From an uncultured bacterium (GTDB taxonomy: Bacteria; Desulfobacterota_D; UBA1144): a stretch of DNA of 64,000 bases. Position numbers and translations under genes: made by a program. Each line of letters begins with the position of its first letter. Position 1 is the first letter of the stretch. The DNA lies in the NCBI GenBank assembly GCA_913050245.1, contig CAJWZJ010000001.1, positions 50,859-114,858 of the forward strand. The letters run 5' to 3'. Shown in pieces: positions 8,470-21,738 of this stretch. The notes under the pieces are model-generated. The model searched no databases. It had not been told where the DNA came from and saw only the letters and a list, made by a program, of their open reading frames with translations.

Positions 8470-9627
8470 CTATATCAATGAAACTACTGTTGATGCAGCA
8501 TCCTTCATTGTATCTGCAGTTGTTATATTTAGACCAGATTCTTCAAGCATCTTTTTTCCTAAATCAACATTGGTACCTTCTAGTCTTACTACTAATGGAA
8601 CATCGATACCAACTTCTTTAGCAGCTGTAATAATACCATCAGCGATAGTATCACATTTCATAATTCCACCAAAAATATTAACTAGAATAGCCTTTACATT
8701 GTCATCGCTAAGAATCATTTTAAAGGCTTGAGTAACCTGTTCTACGGATGCTCCACCCCCTACATCCAAAAAGTTTGCAGGCTCTGCACCATGATATTTG
8801 ATTATGTCCATTGTTGCCATAGCCAATCCTGCGCCGTTGACAAGGCAGCCTATGTTCCCATCAAGTTTAACGAAACTAAAGCCCCAATTTTTAGCCTCTA
8901 GCTCTAAAGGCTCCTCTTCGGTTGGATCATGTAAATCCTCAAACTCTTTATGTCTAAATTCAGCATTATCATCAAAATTCACTTTGGCGTCTAGGGCTTT
9001 GACTTCATCTTCCTCTGTAACAATTAAGGGGTTGATTTCAACAAGAGCACAATCCATCTTGGTATAAAGGTTATAAATCCCTGAGATAATTGGACCAAGT
9101 TGTTTAGTCTGGTTCTTGTCTAACCCTAAAAAATAAGCAATCTTTCTAATATGAAATGGCTGAATACCACTTACAGGATCAATTGGTTGAGTTAATAATT
9201 TTTCTGGAGTTTCTTCTGCAACTTTTTCTATGTCCATTCCGCCCTCAGGGCTCGCAATAATTACATTTTTCTCTGAAGATCTGTCAGTAACAATAGATAA
9301 GTAATATTCTTTTTTTATTGTTGAAGATTTTTCAACATAGACTTTATTAACAAGCTTACCCTCTGGGCCAGTCTGATGAGTTATCAGTGTCATACCTAGC
9401 ATTTCTTTAACAGTCGACCCAACTTCTTCAGGTGTTTTTACAAGTTTGACACCTCCTGCCTTACCCCTACCACCTGCATGAATTTGTGCTTTTACAACAT
9501 ATTCATTGGTATCGAGTGACTTAGCATAATCTTGAGCATCTTTATCATTCTCAAAAACTCTTCCTTCCGATGTGTTGATATTAAATTTTCTGAATAAATC
9601 TTTTGCTTGATATTCATGAATGTTCAT
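8470..9627 (-). CDS. sucC: Succinyl-CoA synthetase beta subunit
   Basis: MNIHEYQAK, KAQIHAGGRGKAGG, NGAGLAMATMD and NIFGGI motifs. Confidence 0.97.
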   Translation of the reverse strand: MNIHEYQAKDLFRKFNINTSEGRVFENDKDAQDYAKSLDTNEYVVKAQIHAGGRGKAGGVKLVKTPEEVGSTVKEMLGMTLITHQTGPEGKLVNKVYVEKSSTIKKEYYLSIVTDRSSEKNVIIASPEGGMDIEKVAEETPEKLLTQPIDPVSGIQPFHIRKIAYFLGLDKNQTKQLGPIISGIYNLYTKMDCALVEINPLIVTEEDEVKALDAKVNFDDNAEFRHKEFEDLHDPTEEEPLELEAKNWGFSFVKLDGNIGCLVNGAGLAMATMDIIKYHGAEPANFLDVGGGASVEQVTQAFKMILSDDNVKAILVNIFGGIMKCDTIADGIITAAKEVGIDVPLVVRLEGTNVDLGKKMLEESGLNITTADTMKDAASTVVSLI

Positions 9628-9676
9628 AATAACCCCCAAGTAAATAAAAAAAGATAATAGATTTTAACAGAATATT

Positions 9677-10429
9677 TTACTTAACAATAGATTTAATTAA
9701 GCTTCTTCTCATATTTGCAATATTTTTGATTGAAATGCCCTTAGGACATACAGCTTCACATTCACCATGATTGGAGCATGCTCCAAATCCTTCATCGTCC
9801 ATTTTGTCTACCATTGATTTAACTCTAGCTCTTTCCTCAACTTGCCCTTGTGGTAACTGCAATAAATGAGAAATCTTAGCACTTGTAAACAAAGCAGCAG
9901 AAGCATTAGGGCATGAGGCTACACAAGCTCCACAACCAATACAAGCAGCAGAATCAAAAGCTTCCTCTGCATCTTCTTTTCCGATTAAAATACTATTCGC
10001 ATCAGGTCCATTACCAGTATTTATAGAAACATAACCACCTGCTTGAATAATCTTATCAAAGGACCCTCTATCAACAACTAGGTCTCTCACAATCTTGAAT
10101 GGTGTAGCTCTGAAAGGCTCAATAACAAGAGTATCTCCATCTTTAAAATGTCGCATATGCAGTTGGCAGACAGTAGTTCTGGCCATCGGTCCATGAGCAA
10201 CCCCATTAATAACAAAGCCACATGTACCACAAATACCTTCTCTACAGTCACTATCAAAAGATATGGGCTCAACACCACTTTTTGTAAGATTTTCGTTCAG
10301 AATATCAAGCATTTCCAGGAAAGAAATGTCAACTGGAACATCTTTCATAGAATAATAATGAAAATCTCCATCAGAATTTTCGTTCTCTTGGCGCCAAACT
10401 TGCAAATTTAAATTAATTACATCAGACAT
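9677..10429 (-). CDS. sdhB: Succinate dehydrogenase/fumarate reductase iron-sulfur subunit
   Basis: [22 protein letters not shown] and [12 protein letters not shown] motifs. Confidence 0.96.
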   Translation of the reverse strand: MSDVINLNLQVWRQENENSDGDFHYYSMKDVPVDISFLEMLDILNENLTKSGVEPISFDSDCREGICGTCGFVINGVAHGPMARTTVCQLHMRHFKDGDTLVIEPFRATPFKIVRDLVVDRGSFDKIIQAGGYVSINTGNGPDANSILIGKEDAEEAFDSAACIGCGACVASCPNASAALFTSAKISHLLQLPQGQVEERARVKSMVDKMDDEGFGACSNHGECEAVCPKGISIKNIANMRRSLIKSIVK

Positions 10430-12390
10430 TATTTGTAATTCCTCTGAGTCATTTCAACATGCTCATAATTCAGGTCCTCTTTATGCAAAATTGATACCGA
10501 ATCAGGTACATACTCCCAAGCAGAAACATATGCATATTTTTCATCATTCCTTAAAGGTTCACCCTCACTAGTTTGATACTCTTCACGGAAGTGAGCGCCA
10601 CAAGATTCTTCCCTATCATAGGCATCTAAGGCCATCAACTCACCTAATTCTATAAAATCTGCTAGTCTTGCTGCATTTTCTAAAGATTTATTTAAATTAT
10701 TTTCTGTACCTTGTAAATTCAAATCATTCCAAAATTTTTCTTTTATCTGAGGTATTTTTTCCAGAGCTTCGTTTAGTGACTCTTTTGTTCTGGCCATGCC
10801 TACGAGATCCCACATAACAGCACCTAACTCTCTATGAAGTTCCAGCACAGTTGATGATCCTTTAATTTTGAGCAAGGACTCATTCTTTTTCTTAACTTCA
10901 TCAATTGATACTTTGAATTCATCTGCTGTATCAGAAACAGAATCAAGAGAATTATTTGCTAAGTAATTTCCAATTGTATAAGGAATGACAAAATATCCAT
11001 CCGCTAAGCCTTGCATAAGAGCACTAGCACCCAATCTATTAGCACCATGGTCAGAAAAGTTCGCTTCACCTAGAACAAATAATCCAGGAATATTACTCAT
11101 GCAATCATAATCAACCCAAAGTCCACCCATTGTATAGTGAATAGCAGGATAAATTCTCATAGGCTTATTATAAGGGCTTTCACCTGTTATAGTCTCATAC
11201 ATATCAAACAAGTTACCGTATTTATCAGAAATATTTTTATTTCCTAGACGATCAATAGCACTGGCAAAATCTAAATATACAGCTCTTCCAGTAGCACCCA
11301 ATCCTCTTCCTTCATCACAAACTCTTTTAATAGCTCTCGAACCAACATCTCTTGGAACCAAGTTTCCATAAGCAGGATACATTCTTTCAAGAAAATAATC
11401 TCTATCTTTTTCTGGAATTTCATCTGATGGCCTTTTGTCATCACCAGATTTTGGAACCCAAACTCTGCCGTCATTTCTTAAACTCTCAGACATTAAAGTA
11501 AGCTTTGATTGATATTCTCCAGAAGCTGGGATACATGTAGGATGTATTTGGGTAAAACATGGGTTTGCCATTAATGCTCCTTTTTTGTGACATCTCCAAG
11601 CAGCAGTTGCATTTGAATTCTTACCATTAGTAGATAAAAAGAAAACATTTCCATAGCCACCAGTACAGAGTACTACAGCCTCACCAGTATGAGTCTCAAT
11701 TTCACCGGTCTTTAAATCCCTAATAACTATTCCTCTTGCTTGACCATCTATTATAATTAGATCAAGCATTTCTTTATTTGTGTATAATTCAATTTGTTTT
11801 TTAGCAACTTGTCTCATCATAGAACTATAAGCACCAAGTAGAAGTTGCTGTCCAGTTTGGCCCCTAGCATAAAATGTTCTAGAGACTTGAGCTCCACCAA
11901 AAGATCTATTAGTTAAAAGTCCACCATAATCTCTTGCAAAAGGAACTCCTTGTGCAACACACTGATCAATAATATTTGTGCTTACTTCAGCTAATCTATA
12001 AACATTGGCTTCCCTGGCACGATAATCTCCACCTTTTATTGTATCCATAAATAATCTTTGAACACTATCACCGTCATTTTGATAATTCTTGGCAGCATTT
12101 ATTCCGCCTTGAGCTGCTATGCTATGGGCTCTCCTTGGAGTATCTTGGATACAAAAAGTCTTTACATTATATCCCAATTCAGCCAAAGTGGCAGATGCAG
12201 ATCCTCCTGCAAGGCCAGTACCTACAACTAGTATATTATATTTTCTTTTATTAGCTGGGTTCACAAGCTTCATCTCAGATTTATATTTAGACCATTTGTC
12301 CTGTAAATCCCCACCCGGTGTTTTACCATCAAGTTTTTTCACATGTGTAATAATTTCTTTTTCGGGTAAAGCTGCTTTTAAAATACTCAT
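10429..12390 (-). CDS. sdhA: Succinate dehydrogenase/fumarate reductase flavoprotein
   Basis: [28 protein letters not shown] and GANRLG motifs. Confidence 0.96.
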   Translation of the reverse strand: MSILKAALPEKEIITHVKKLDGKTPGGDLQDKWSKYKSEMKLVNPANKRKYNILVVGTGLAGGSASATLAELGYNVKTFCIQDTPRRAHSIAAQGGINAAKNYQNDGDSVQRLFMDTIKGGDYRAREANVYRLAEVSTNIIDQCVAQGVPFARDYGGLLTNRSFGGAQVSRTFYARGQTGQQLLLGAYSSMMRQVAKKQIELYTNKEMLDLIIIDGQARGIVIRDLKTGEIETHTGEAVVLCTGGYGNVFFLSTNGKNSNATAAWRCHKKGALMANPCFTQIHPTCIPASGEYQSKLTLMSESLRNDGRVWVPKSGDDKRPSDEIPEKDRDYFLERMYPAYGNLVPRDVGSRAIKRVCDEGRGLGATGRAVYLDFASAIDRLGNKNISDKYGNLFDMYETITGESPYNKPMRIYPAIHYTMGGLWVDYDCMSNIPGLFVLGEANFSDHGANRLGASALMQGLADGYFVIPYTIGNYLANNSLDSVSDTADEFKVSIDEVKKKNESLLKIKGSSTVLELHRELGAVMWDLVGMARTKESLNEALEKIPQIKEKFWNDLNLQGTENNLNKSLENAARLADFIELGELMALDAYDREESCGAHFREEYQTSEGEPLRNDEKYAYVSAWEYVPDSVSILHKEDLNYEHVEMTQRNYK

Positions 12391-12403
12391 ATTAATATTT
12401 AAC

Positions 12404-13093
12404 CTAATTAATCCAAAAAATGTACAAGGGAATTACAAGAAAGCCTAGGCTTATAATTAACCCCAAAAGATAACTCATGCTATAAGTTACCCTAGTGAAT
12501 GTTTTACCATATATTCCTAGAGACTGAAATGAACTCCAAAAACCATGTCCTAAATGCAAAGAAAGTAAAGATAACGAAACTGTATAACCCAAAACTACCC
12601 ATAAATTTGAAAATTCTTCGGTAATCAATCTATAAAGATCTCTAACTGGTTCGCCACCATTAACGGAGGCATAAATTGTTTCATAGTATGGACCAAATCT
12701 GAATTGTAAAACATGCCAAATTAAAAAAGCCATAACTACAACACCAGTAATAACCATTGAAGTTGATGCATAGGTTTTTTTGCTTTTACCACCAGCAAAA
12801 TTCGATACCGCATATCTCGATTCTCTAGATTTATAATTTATAAAATTTGTATATAAAGCTGTTATTATGTGTAGTCCAAAAAAACCCAACAAACCTAACT
12901 CTGCAATTGTGAAAAGTATTCCAAAGGATTCTAGAAAATGAGCATATGCATTGAAATCTCGGCCAGGAGGAGATCCAGTAAATATAGTAATGTTTCCTAA
13001 AAGATGGACAATGAGAAAAAGAAAAAGAGAAATGCCTGTAATAGCAATAATAATTTTTTTTAATACTGAAGATACTGTAATAAAATTTGCCAT
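12404..13093 (-). CDS. sdhC: Succinate dehydrogenase cytochrome b558 subunit (5 TM, diheme type)
   Basis: Five hydrophobic segments with His ligands (IVHL, GLHI, IWHV, SLHLGHG); first gene of sdhCAB. Confidence 0.92.
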   Translation of the reverse strand: MANFITVSSVLKKIIIAITGISLFLFLIVHLLGNITIFTGSPPGRDFNAYAHFLESFGILFTIAELGLLGFFGLHIITALYTNFINYKSRESRYAVSNFAGGKSKKTYASTSMVITGVVVMAFLIWHVLQFRFGPYYETIYASVNGGEPVRDLYRLITEEFSNLWVVLGYTVSLSLLSLHLGHGFWSSFQSLGIYGKTFTRVTYSMSYLLGLIISLGFLVIPLYIFWIN

Positions 13094-13100
13094 TTACTTA

Positions 13101-14045
13101 TTATAAAATCCCAAAGGTATCAATTAAATCACAAAGTTCTTTAACATGAGAAGCAGATTCATTAAGCTCTTTTTGTTCGTCTGCAGTCAAATTAATTTCG
13201 ATAATTTTCTCAACACCTTTGTTAGAGAGTATAACGGGTAACCCAACAAATTGGCCACTTATTTTGTATTCACCAGATGAAAAAACACAACAAGGTAATA
13301 GTTTTCTTTCATCAAAAATTATAGAATAAGCCATCTCAACAGCTGAAACACCAGGGGCATAGAAGGCACTCCCTGTTTTTAGTAATTTAACAATTTCAGC
13401 ACCGCCATCACGCGTTCTCTGTATAATTTCATCAAGCCTTTTTTCATTGATCAGCTGAGCAATCGGAACACCAGATACAGTGGTATAGTTCTTTAATGGA
13501 ACCATGTCATCACCATGTCCACCCAAAACTAATGTCTCAATCTTAGATACAGATATATCAAGCTCCATAGATAGAAAAGCTTTAAATCTAGCAGAATCTA
13601 AAATTCCAGCCATTCCCATCACTCTCTCCTTAGGGAATCCGCTGACCTTATGTGCAACATACGTCATTGCATCTAAAGGATTTGTAACAACAATGATTTT
13701 TGAATTTGGTGAGAATTTAACAACTTTTTCTGTAACATCTTTGATAATTTTGGTATTAGTAGAAATTAAATCATCTCGACTCATCCCAGGCTTTCTTGCA
13801 AGTCCTGAAGTAATAATTACAACATCGGAATTGCTTGTGTCCTTATAATCATTAGTACCGATTATTTTAGATGAAACACCTGTAACAGATAACATCTGTG
13901 TCATATCTAAAGCTTTACCTTGAGGAAGACCCTCAACTATATCAAGTAGAACAACATCACAGAAATCTAGCTCTAAAGCTCTATATGCTGCTGAAGAGCC
14001 AACATTACCTGCACCAATAATCGAAATTTTTGGATTAGAACTCAA
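13101..14045 (-). CDS. mdh: Malate dehydrogenase (LDH-like)
   Basis: IIGAGNVG, ARKPGMSRDDL, NPLD, LDSARF and GGHGD motifs. Confidence 0.96.
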   Translation of the reverse strand: MSSNPKISIIGAGNVGSSAAYRALELDFCDVVLLDIVEGLPQGKALDMTQMLSVTGVSSKIIGTNDYKDTSNSDVVIITSGLARKPGMSRDDLISTNTKIIKDVTEKVVKFSPNSKIIVVTNPLDAMTYVAHKVSGFPKERVMGMAGILDSARFKAFLSMELDISVSKIETLVLGGHGDDMVPLKNYTTVSGVPIAQLINEKRLDEIIQRTRDGGAEIVKLLKTGSAFYAPGVSAVEMAYSIIFDERKLLPCCVFSSGEYKISGQFVGLPVILSNKGVEKIIEINLTADEQKELNESASHVKELCDLIDTFGIL

Positions 14046-14079
14046 TCGAACCGCCTTTATAATAAACTAATTATATGGA

Positions 14080-15327
14080 TTATACATTATCCATATTTTT
14101 AATTATTGCATCACCAAATTCAGAACATTTTAAAAGATTTGCACCCTCTATCTGTCTATGAAGATCATAGGTAACGTCTTTATCTAAAACTGTCTTCTCT
14201 AATGCTTTAACTATTAATTCTGAAACGTTTCTCCATCCCATGTGTTCAAACATCATAACTCCAGAAAGAATTACTGATCCTGGATTAACTTTATCTTGAC
14301 CTGCATATTTAGGAGCAGTTCCATGTGTCGCTTCAAACAAAGCTATCTCATCACCAATATTTGCACCTGGAGCAAGCCCAAGTCCACCAATTTGTGCAGC
14401 ACATGCATCGGACATGTAATCTCCATTAAGGTTAGGAAGTGCTAAAACATCATATTCATCAGTTCTGGTAAGAATTTGCTGAAGCATATTATCAGCTATT
14501 CTATCATTGATAACAATTTTACCTTCTGGTGCTTTACCATCATACTTATCCCATAACTCATCCTCTGAAATAGTTTGCTCAGGGAATTCATCTTTTGCTA
14601 GTTCATAACCCCAATCTTTAAAAGCACCCTCTGTAAATTTCATTATATTGCCCTTATGAACAAGAGTTACGCTCTTTCTGTTGTTATCAATAGCATATTG
14701 CACAGCCTTTTTAACAAGTCTTTTTGTACCAAATGCGCTTATAGGTTTAATTCCAATGCCAGACAAATCTCTAACGTTAGCATTCAATTTTTTTTGTAAA
14801 AATTCTATCACTTCATTTGCTTCATCTGTTCCACTTTCATATTCAACACCAGAATAAACATCCTCAGTATTTTCTCTAAATAGAACGACATCCATTTTTT
14901 CAGGGTTTTTAACTGGAGAGGGAGTTCCATTAATCCATCTTACAGGTCTAACACATGCATATAAATCCATAATTTGCCTTAAGGCAACATTAAGACTTCT
15001 TATACCACCACCTACAGGTGTGGTTAGAGGGCCTTTAATGGAAATTAGGTATTCACTGATTACATCTGTTGTCTCTTGAGGTAGCCATTCTTTAGTTATT
15101 TCAACTGCTTTTTCTCCTGCGTAAACTTCAGCCCAAGAAATCTTTTTAGATCCCTTGAAAGCCTTTTCTACAGCTGCGTCAAAAACTCTTACAGAAGCTG
15201 CCCATAAATCGGGACCAATTCCATCTCCTTCAATGAAAGTTACAATGGGATTATCTGGAATGTTATAAGTCCCATCATTATTTACTGTTATTTTTGCCCC
15301 ATCGCTGGGAATTTTTACATGTGACAT
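14080..15327 (-). CDS. icd: NADP-dependent isocitrate dehydrogenase (dimeric)
   Basis: [36 protein letters not shown] and HGTAPKY motifs. Confidence 0.97.
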   Translation of the reverse strand: MSHVKIPSDGAKITVNNDGTYNIPDNPIVTFIEGDGIGPDLWAASVRVFDAAVEKAFKGSKKISWAEVYAGEKAVEITKEWLPQETTDVISEYLISIKGPLTTPVGGGIRSLNVALRQIMDLYACVRPVRWINGTPSPVKNPEKMDVVLFRENTEDVYSGVEYESGTDEANEVIEFLQKKLNANVRDLSGIGIKPISAFGTKRLVKKAVQYAIDNNRKSVTLVHKGNIMKFTEGAFKDWGYELAKDEFPEQTISEDELWDKYDGKAPEGKIVINDRIADNMLQQILTRTDEYDVLALPNLNGDYMSDACAAQIGGLGLAPGANIGDEIALFEATHGTAPKYAGQDKVNPGSVILSGVMMFEHMGWRNVSELIVKALEKTVLDKDVTYDLHRQIEGANLLKCSEFGDAIIKNMDNV

Positions 15328-15388
15328 AGTCAAACTCCTTGGAAATTTATCACTAATATATTAATAAATAAAAAAGAAAAAACAATGT

Positions 15389-18049
15389 TTAATTTGTTTT
15401 CACCATTTGTCTTAATACTGTTTGCAGTATTCCGCCGTTATAAAAGTAATCTACTTCTACAACAGAATCTAGTCTACATATTGCATTTATATCCCTTTTT
15501 TCGCCAGATTCTGACTCAATTTTAATAGAAATTCTAGAAAGAGGACTTAATCCATCCTCAATACCAAGGATACTGAATTTCTCATTTCCAGTTAATGAAT
15601 GAAACTCAGCACTTTCACCTTCCAAAAACTGAATAGGGAGAACTCCCATTCCAACCAAATTACTTCTATGTATCCTTTCAAAACTTTCAGCTATTACAGC
15701 TTTTACACCTAGCAGCATTGAGCCTTTAGCAGCCCAATCTCTTGAGCTTCCAGTCCCATATTCTTTACCAGCTATGACAATTAGTTGCGTGTCAGTTTTT
15801 TTATAACTCATTGCAGCATCGTAAATAGACATCATATCTCCAGTATTAAAGCATTTTGTAAATCCACCCTCTACGTCATCAAGGATTTTATTTTTTATTC
15901 TAATATTTGCAAAAGTTCCTCTCATCATAACTTCATGGTTCCCTCTCCTAGATCCATAGCTATTAAAATCTTTAACATCAACACCCTTTTCTTTAAGATA
16001 TTTACCAGCAGGAGTTTCTACGGTAAAAGAACCCGCAGGAGATATATGATCTGTGGTAATAGAATCTCCAAGATATGCTAAAACTCTTGCATCCGTAATG
16101 TCTTTAACTTCTGGTAAATCAATAGAAAAATCATCAAAAAATCCTGGCTTCTGAATGTAGGTAGATTCAGACTTCCAATCATAAATTGACCCTTCTGGAA
16201 CGGAGATAGATTCCCACCTTTCATCTCCAATAAAAATATTTTCATACCTATTTGCAAAAGTATCAGGCTGAATTGAACTGTACACTGTATCGCTTATTTC
16301 TTTATTCGTAGGCCAAATATCTTTAAGAAAGACATCATTTCCATCAGAAGATTTTCCAATTGGTTGATGATATAAATCAATATCGATAGTCCCTGCTAAA
16401 GCATATGCTACTACTAATGGTGGTGAGCCAAGATAAGATAGCCTTATTAAAGGATGAACTCTACCTTCAAAATTTCTATTTCCACTAGATACAGCTGCAA
16501 CATGCATAGAATTGTTTTGAATAGTATCAGCTACTTCATCTGGTAAAGGACCACTATTACCAATACAGGTAGTACAACCGAAACCAACTGTTTTGAATCC
16601 AATATCAGACAAACTCTCTAACAAACCAGCGTTTTCAAGATAATCTACAACAACTTTTGAACCAGGTGCGAGACTTGTTTTAACATATGAAGGAACGGTC
16701 AAACCTAAATCCTTTGCTTTTTTAGCTACTAATCCAGCGGTAATCATTACATACGGATTTGAAGTATTTGTACAACTTGTAATTGCTGCTAAAACAACAG
16801 ATCCATTCTTAAGAGATTCATTTTGATCTTTTATTTTGTGAGAATCAGTTTTGGAGACTCCTCTATCATTAAGTTCATTATCCAGCGCCAATTTCATATC
16901 TGATAATAAAATTCTATCCTGCGGTCTTTTGGGGCCTGCAAGTGCAGGTTTAACCGATTCAAGATTTAAATATAAGGATTTATAGTACTCTGGATCTTTA
17001 GTATTAGAATCTCTAAAACTTGATTGTTTTTTATAATATTTTTCAACTAAATCAACTTCATCTGATGTTCTTCCAGTCAATTTTAAATAATTTAAAGCTT
17101 CTTGATCAACAGGGAAAAATCCCATTGTGGCTCCATATTCGGGTGCCATATTTGCAATAGTTGCTCTATCAGGAAGTGGAAGATTATCCAATCCAGGTCC
17201 ATAAAATTCAACAAACTTTCCGACAACTCCTTCCTTTCTTAGCATTTCAGTAATATTTAAAACTAAGTCGGTAGCAGTAACACCTTCACATAAATTTCCT
17301 TCTAATTTAAAACCTATTACATCAGGAATTAAAAAATATAACGGCTGTCCAAGCATTGCAGCTTCAGCTTCAATTCCACCTACTCCCCAACCTAAAACGC
17401 TTATTCCATTAATCATTGTTGTATGAGAATCTGTCCCAACCAAAGTATCAGGAATAGAAACCATTTCACCATTTGATTCAATTTGTTGAACTAATTTAGC
17501 TAGATATTCAAGGTTTACTTGATGAACTATACCATTGCCAGGTGGAACAGCTCTAAAGTTCTTAAAAGCAGTTTGAGCCCACCTCAAAAAAGAATATCGT
17601 TCCTGATTTCTCTCAAATTCAAGCTTCGTATTTAATGCAAGTGAATTTATTTCTTTAAAATGATCAACTTGAACAGAATGATCAATTACCAAATCAACTG
17701 GCACTAGTGGGTTAATTGAATCAGTGTTTTGCCCGAGTTTACTAATAATATCTCTCATTGCAGCTAAATCTGCAACACATGGCACTCCAGTAAAATCTTG
17801 AAGTACTACTCTCGAGGGTCTAAAAGGTATTTCGAATTTTTCTTTTTTATTGAAAATAAATTTATTTATTAAACTTTCATCAACAATTTTTTGATCATAA
17901 TTTCTAACTAAATTTTCTAAAAGTATTCGTAGAGAGTAAGGCATAAGTTCTAAATCAAAATCAAACTCTTCAGATACTTTTTTTAAAGAATAGAGCTTAG
18001 ACTCTCCTCCAGAATATTTAAAACTTTCTACAAAACTATTTTTGGTCAT
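15389..18049 (-). CDS. acnA: Aconitate hydratase A
   Basis: QDFTGVP, GTDSHT, AITSCTN, GCTTCIGNSG and GSSRDWAAKG motifs. Confidence 0.98.
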   Translation of the reverse strand: MTKNSFVESFKYSGGESKLYSLKKVSEEFDFDLELMPYSLRILLENLVRNYDQKIVDESLINKFIFNKKEKFEIPFRPSRVVLQDFTGVPCVADLAAMRDIISKLGQNTDSINPLVPVDLVIDHSVQVDHFKEINSLALNTKLEFERNQERYSFLRWAQTAFKNFRAVPPGNGIVHQVNLEYLAKLVQQIESNGEMVSIPDTLVGTDSHTTMINGISVLGWGVGGIEAEAAMLGQPLYFLIPDVIGFKLEGNLCEGVTATDLVLNITEMLRKEGVVGKFVEFYGPGLDNLPLPDRATIANMAPEYGATMGFFPVDQEALNYLKLTGRTSDEVDLVEKYYKKQSSFRDSNTKDPEYYKSLYLNLESVKPALAGPKRPQDRILLSDMKLALDNELNDRGVSKTDSHKIKDQNESLKNGSVVLAAITSCTNTSNPYVMITAGLVAKKAKDLGLTVPSYVKTSLAPGSKVVVDYLENAGLLESLSDIGFKTVGFGCTTCIGNSGPLPDEVADTIQNNSMHVAAVSSGNRNFEGRVHPLIRLSYLGSPPLVVAYALAGTIDIDLYHQPIGKSSDGNDVFLKDIWPTNKEISDTVYSSIQPDTFANRYENIFIGDERWESISVPEGSIYDWKSESTYIQKPGFFDDFSIDLPEVKDITDARVLAYLGDSITTDHISPAGSFTVETPAGKYLKEKGVDVKDFNSYGSRRGNHEVMMRGTFANIRIKNKILDDVEGGFTKCFNTGDMMSIYDAAMSYKKTDTQLIVIAGKEYGTGSSRDWAAKGSMLLGVKAVIAESFERIHRSNLVGMGVLPIQFLEGESAEFHSLTGNEKFSILGIEDGLSPLSRISIKIESESGEKRDINAICRLDSVVEVDYFYNGGILQTVLRQMVKTN

Positions 18050-18111
18050 AATTATAAATCACCCCTATTTTTAAATTTTACAAAATTTAATGGTATTTGT
18101 TAAATAAATTA

Positions 18112-18561
18112 TTAAGCAAAGTTAATATTTTCAATTTGCTTTAACTTATTTAATCTACCTTCATGTCTCTCACCTTCATAATCTGATGTTAGCCAAAGTT
18201 CAACAATATTCTTAGCAACATCAGAAGAAACATATTTAGATCCAATAGTTATAACATTAGTATCGTTATGAGCTCTCGATACGGTTGCGATGTTTACATC
18301 ATTTGCAATAACAGCCCTGATATTAGGAAATTTATTAGCAACTATATTCATACCACAACCTGAAGCACAAATTAATATACCTCTATCAAAATGTCCTTGT
18401 GAAACTTTATTTGCAACCTCAGACGCGGTATCAGGATAATCACATGTATCCTCATCATGACATCCAAAATCCTTTACATCAAAACCAAGTTTGTTTATAT
18501 AATTTTTCAATTCTTCTTTAAGCAAAAAGCCTCTATGATCAGATCCTATAGCGATTTTCAT
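18112..18561 (-). CDS. rpiB: Ribose-5-phosphate isomerase B
   Basis: IAIGSDHRG, DYPD, ICASGCGM and RAHND motifs. Confidence 0.93.
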   Translation of the reverse strand: MKIAIGSDHRGFLLKEELKNYINKLGFDVKDFGCHDEDTCDYPDTASEVANKVSQGHFDRGILICASGCGMNIVANKFPNIRAVIANDVNIATVSRAHNDTNVITIGSKYVSSDVAKNIVELWLTSDYEGERHEGRLNKLKQIENINFA

Positions 18562-18562
18562 T

Positions 18563-19798
18563 TTAATCCTCAAACTTCTTAAAAATTAATGTGCAATTAG
18601 TCCCACCAAAACCAAAAGAATTACTTAGAGCAATTTTCATATCATTATCAACAGAATTATGAGGAACATAATTTAAATCACAACCCTCTTGAGGGTTATC
18701 TAGGTTTATTGTAGGAGGTGCAATACCTTCATCCAAAGCCAACGAGGTTATTCCTGCTTCAAGTCCACCTGCTGCACCAAGTAAATGTCCTGTTATTGAC
18801 TTCGTTGAGCTAACCAGAAGTTTGTTTGAATGTTCTCCAAATACTCTTTTAATTGCATTAGTCTCGTTAATATCATTCTGCTGTGTAGATGTTCCGTGTG
18901 CATTTATATAATCAATGTCTTCGGGATTGATTTCCGAATTTTTCAAAGCCATTTCCATACAAATTACAGGTCCATCAATAGAGGGAGAAGTTATATGGTG
19001 AGCATCACCACTCATTCCTGAACCCAGAAGTTCGGCATATATTCTAGCACCCCTTTTTTTTGCATGTTCGAGCTCTTCCAGTAATACCAAGCCTGAGCCC
19101 TCAGCCATAACAAATCCATCCCTATCTTTATCGAATGGTCTTGACGCTGCTTTGGGATCTTCGTTCCTGGTAGATATTGCCCTCATAACATTAAAACCAG
19201 AGATAGCCACATGAACTAAAGGTGCTTCAGCTCCACCAGCAACCATAGCGACGGCGTCACCTCTTTGTATATTCATGGCAGCGTAAGCTATAGCATGTGC
19301 GCCTGCAGCGCATGCAGTTGCTGTAGCACAATTGGGTCCTTTTAATTGATTAAAGATTGAAACATATCCTGCTGCCATATTAGGAACCATAGAAGGAACA
19401 AAAAAAGGAGAAACTCTAGAAGGTCCTTTTTCTCTATATGCAATTACGTTGTCTACAAAAGTTTGAATACCACCAATTCCAGATCCAATATATGAACCAA
19501 TTAAGTGTTCATTATCTGGTGTCACTTTGAGGCCCGAATCTTTTAATGCAAGAACTGCCGCGGCTGCAGCATAACGAATAAATACATCACTCCTTCTTGC
19601 TTCCTTTGCATCAATAAAGTCCTCTGCATTGAAATCAGTTGATATTTCTCCACCAAACTTGGTTTTTAAATCACTACTATCAACTCTTTTTAAAAAATCT
19701 ATACCAGATATACCTTCTTTAACCTTAGGCCAAATAACGTCTTTCCCAACACCAAGGGAAGAAACCATTCCAATTCCTGTTATGACTACTCTTTTCAT
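18563..19798 (-). CDS. fabF: Beta-ketoacyl-ACP synthase II
   Basis: TACAAG, NAHGTST, GHLLGAAG and NSFGFGG motifs. Confidence 0.97.
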   Translation of the reverse strand: MKRVVITGIGMVSSLGVGKDVIWPKVKEGISGIDFLKRVDSSDLKTKFGGEISTDFNAEDFIDAKEARRSDVFIRYAAAAAVLALKDSGLKVTPDNEHLIGSYIGSGIGGIQTFVDNVIAYREKGPSRVSPFFVPSMVPNMAAGYVSIFNQLKGPNCATATACAAGAHAIAYAAMNIQRGDAVAMVAGGAEAPLVHVAISGFNVMRAISTRNEDPKAASRPFDKDRDGFVMAEGSGLVLLEELEHAKKRGARIYAELLGSGMSGDAHHITSPSIDGPVICMEMALKNSEINPEDIDYINAHGTSTQQNDINETNAIKRVFGEHSNKLLVSSTKSITGHLLGAAGGLEAGITSLALDEGIAPPTINLDNPQEGCDLNYVPHNSVDNDMKIALSNSFGFGGTNCTLIFKKFED

Positions 19799-20796
<998 letters not shown>

Positions 20797-21711
20797 TTAT
20801 ATTTTTTCCAAATCTGCCTTTTCACCAAAATTGGCTACAGAGCAATCTTTAGCAATTCTTTTTATCAGTCCTGATAAAACATTTTTTGGACCTACCTCTA
20901 TAAATTGATTAACACCTAAATTTTTATGGAGATAATTCACAGATTGATGCCATAAAACTGGACTGATTAATTGATCAAGTAATAAATTTTTAATTTTCAT
21001 CTTATCATTAAAAATTTTTGCATCAAAATTGGTAATCATAGGCACTTTAAAATCAAAAAAATTAACAGAATCTAAAACATTTTTCATTTTATCTACTGCA
21101 GAGGTCATTAACTTTGAGTGGAATGGAGCGCTAACATCTAATAAAACTACTCTTTTTGCACCTGCTTTTTTTGCTAATTCGGCAGCTTTCTCAACAGCAT
21201 ACTTAACCCCAGAAATAACCACCTGGCCAATACTGTTATAATTAGCAGGTGATACATGTGCTTCCTCAGTTGAGGCATCCTCACATATTTTATCTACATC
21301 CTCATCAGGTAGACCAAGAACTGCGGCCATACCTCCAACACCTAGTGGCACAGCTTCTTGAGTAAATTCTCCTCTTTTTCTAACTGCCCATACCGCATCT
21401 TCAAAATCGATTGAACCAGATGCGACAAGTGCAGAATATTCACCCAAACTATGACCTGCTACATATGATGGTGTTATATTTTTCTCAATTTTTAAAACTT
21501 CATGAGCTGCAGTGCTGACAGTAAGTATTGCTGGCTGTGCATTAACAGTTAAGTGAACATCATCACTTTCAAAACATAATTTTTTCATATCTAGTGAAAG
21601 CTTATCGCTGGCTTTTTCAAAAACTTCTTTAGCTACTTTGAAATTCTCATATAAATCTTTCCCCATTCCAACATATTGTGATCCTTGACCAGGAAAAACT
21701 AAAGCTAACAA
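20797..21711 (-). CDS. fabD: Malonyl-CoA:ACP transacylase
   Basis: FPGQGSQ, GHSLGEY and VSAPFHS motifs; TTG start. Confidence 0.97.
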   Translation of the reverse strand: MLALVFPGQGSQYVGMGKDLYENFKVAKEVFEKASDKLSLDMKKLCFESDDVHLTVNAQPAILTVSTAAHEVLKIEKNITPSYVAGHSLGEYSALVASGSIDFEDAVWAVRKRGEFTQEAVPLGVGGMAAVLGLPDEDVDKICEDASTEEAHVSPANYNSIGQVVISGVKYAVEKAAELAKKAGAKRVVLLDVSAPFHSKLMTSAVDKMKNVLDSVNFFDFKVPMITNFDAKIFNDKMKIKNLLLDQLISPVLWHQSVNYLHKNLGVNQFIEVGPKNVLSGLIKRIAKDCSVANFGEKADLEKI

Positions 21712-21738
21712 ATAAAAACTCCAATAAACATAAATAGA

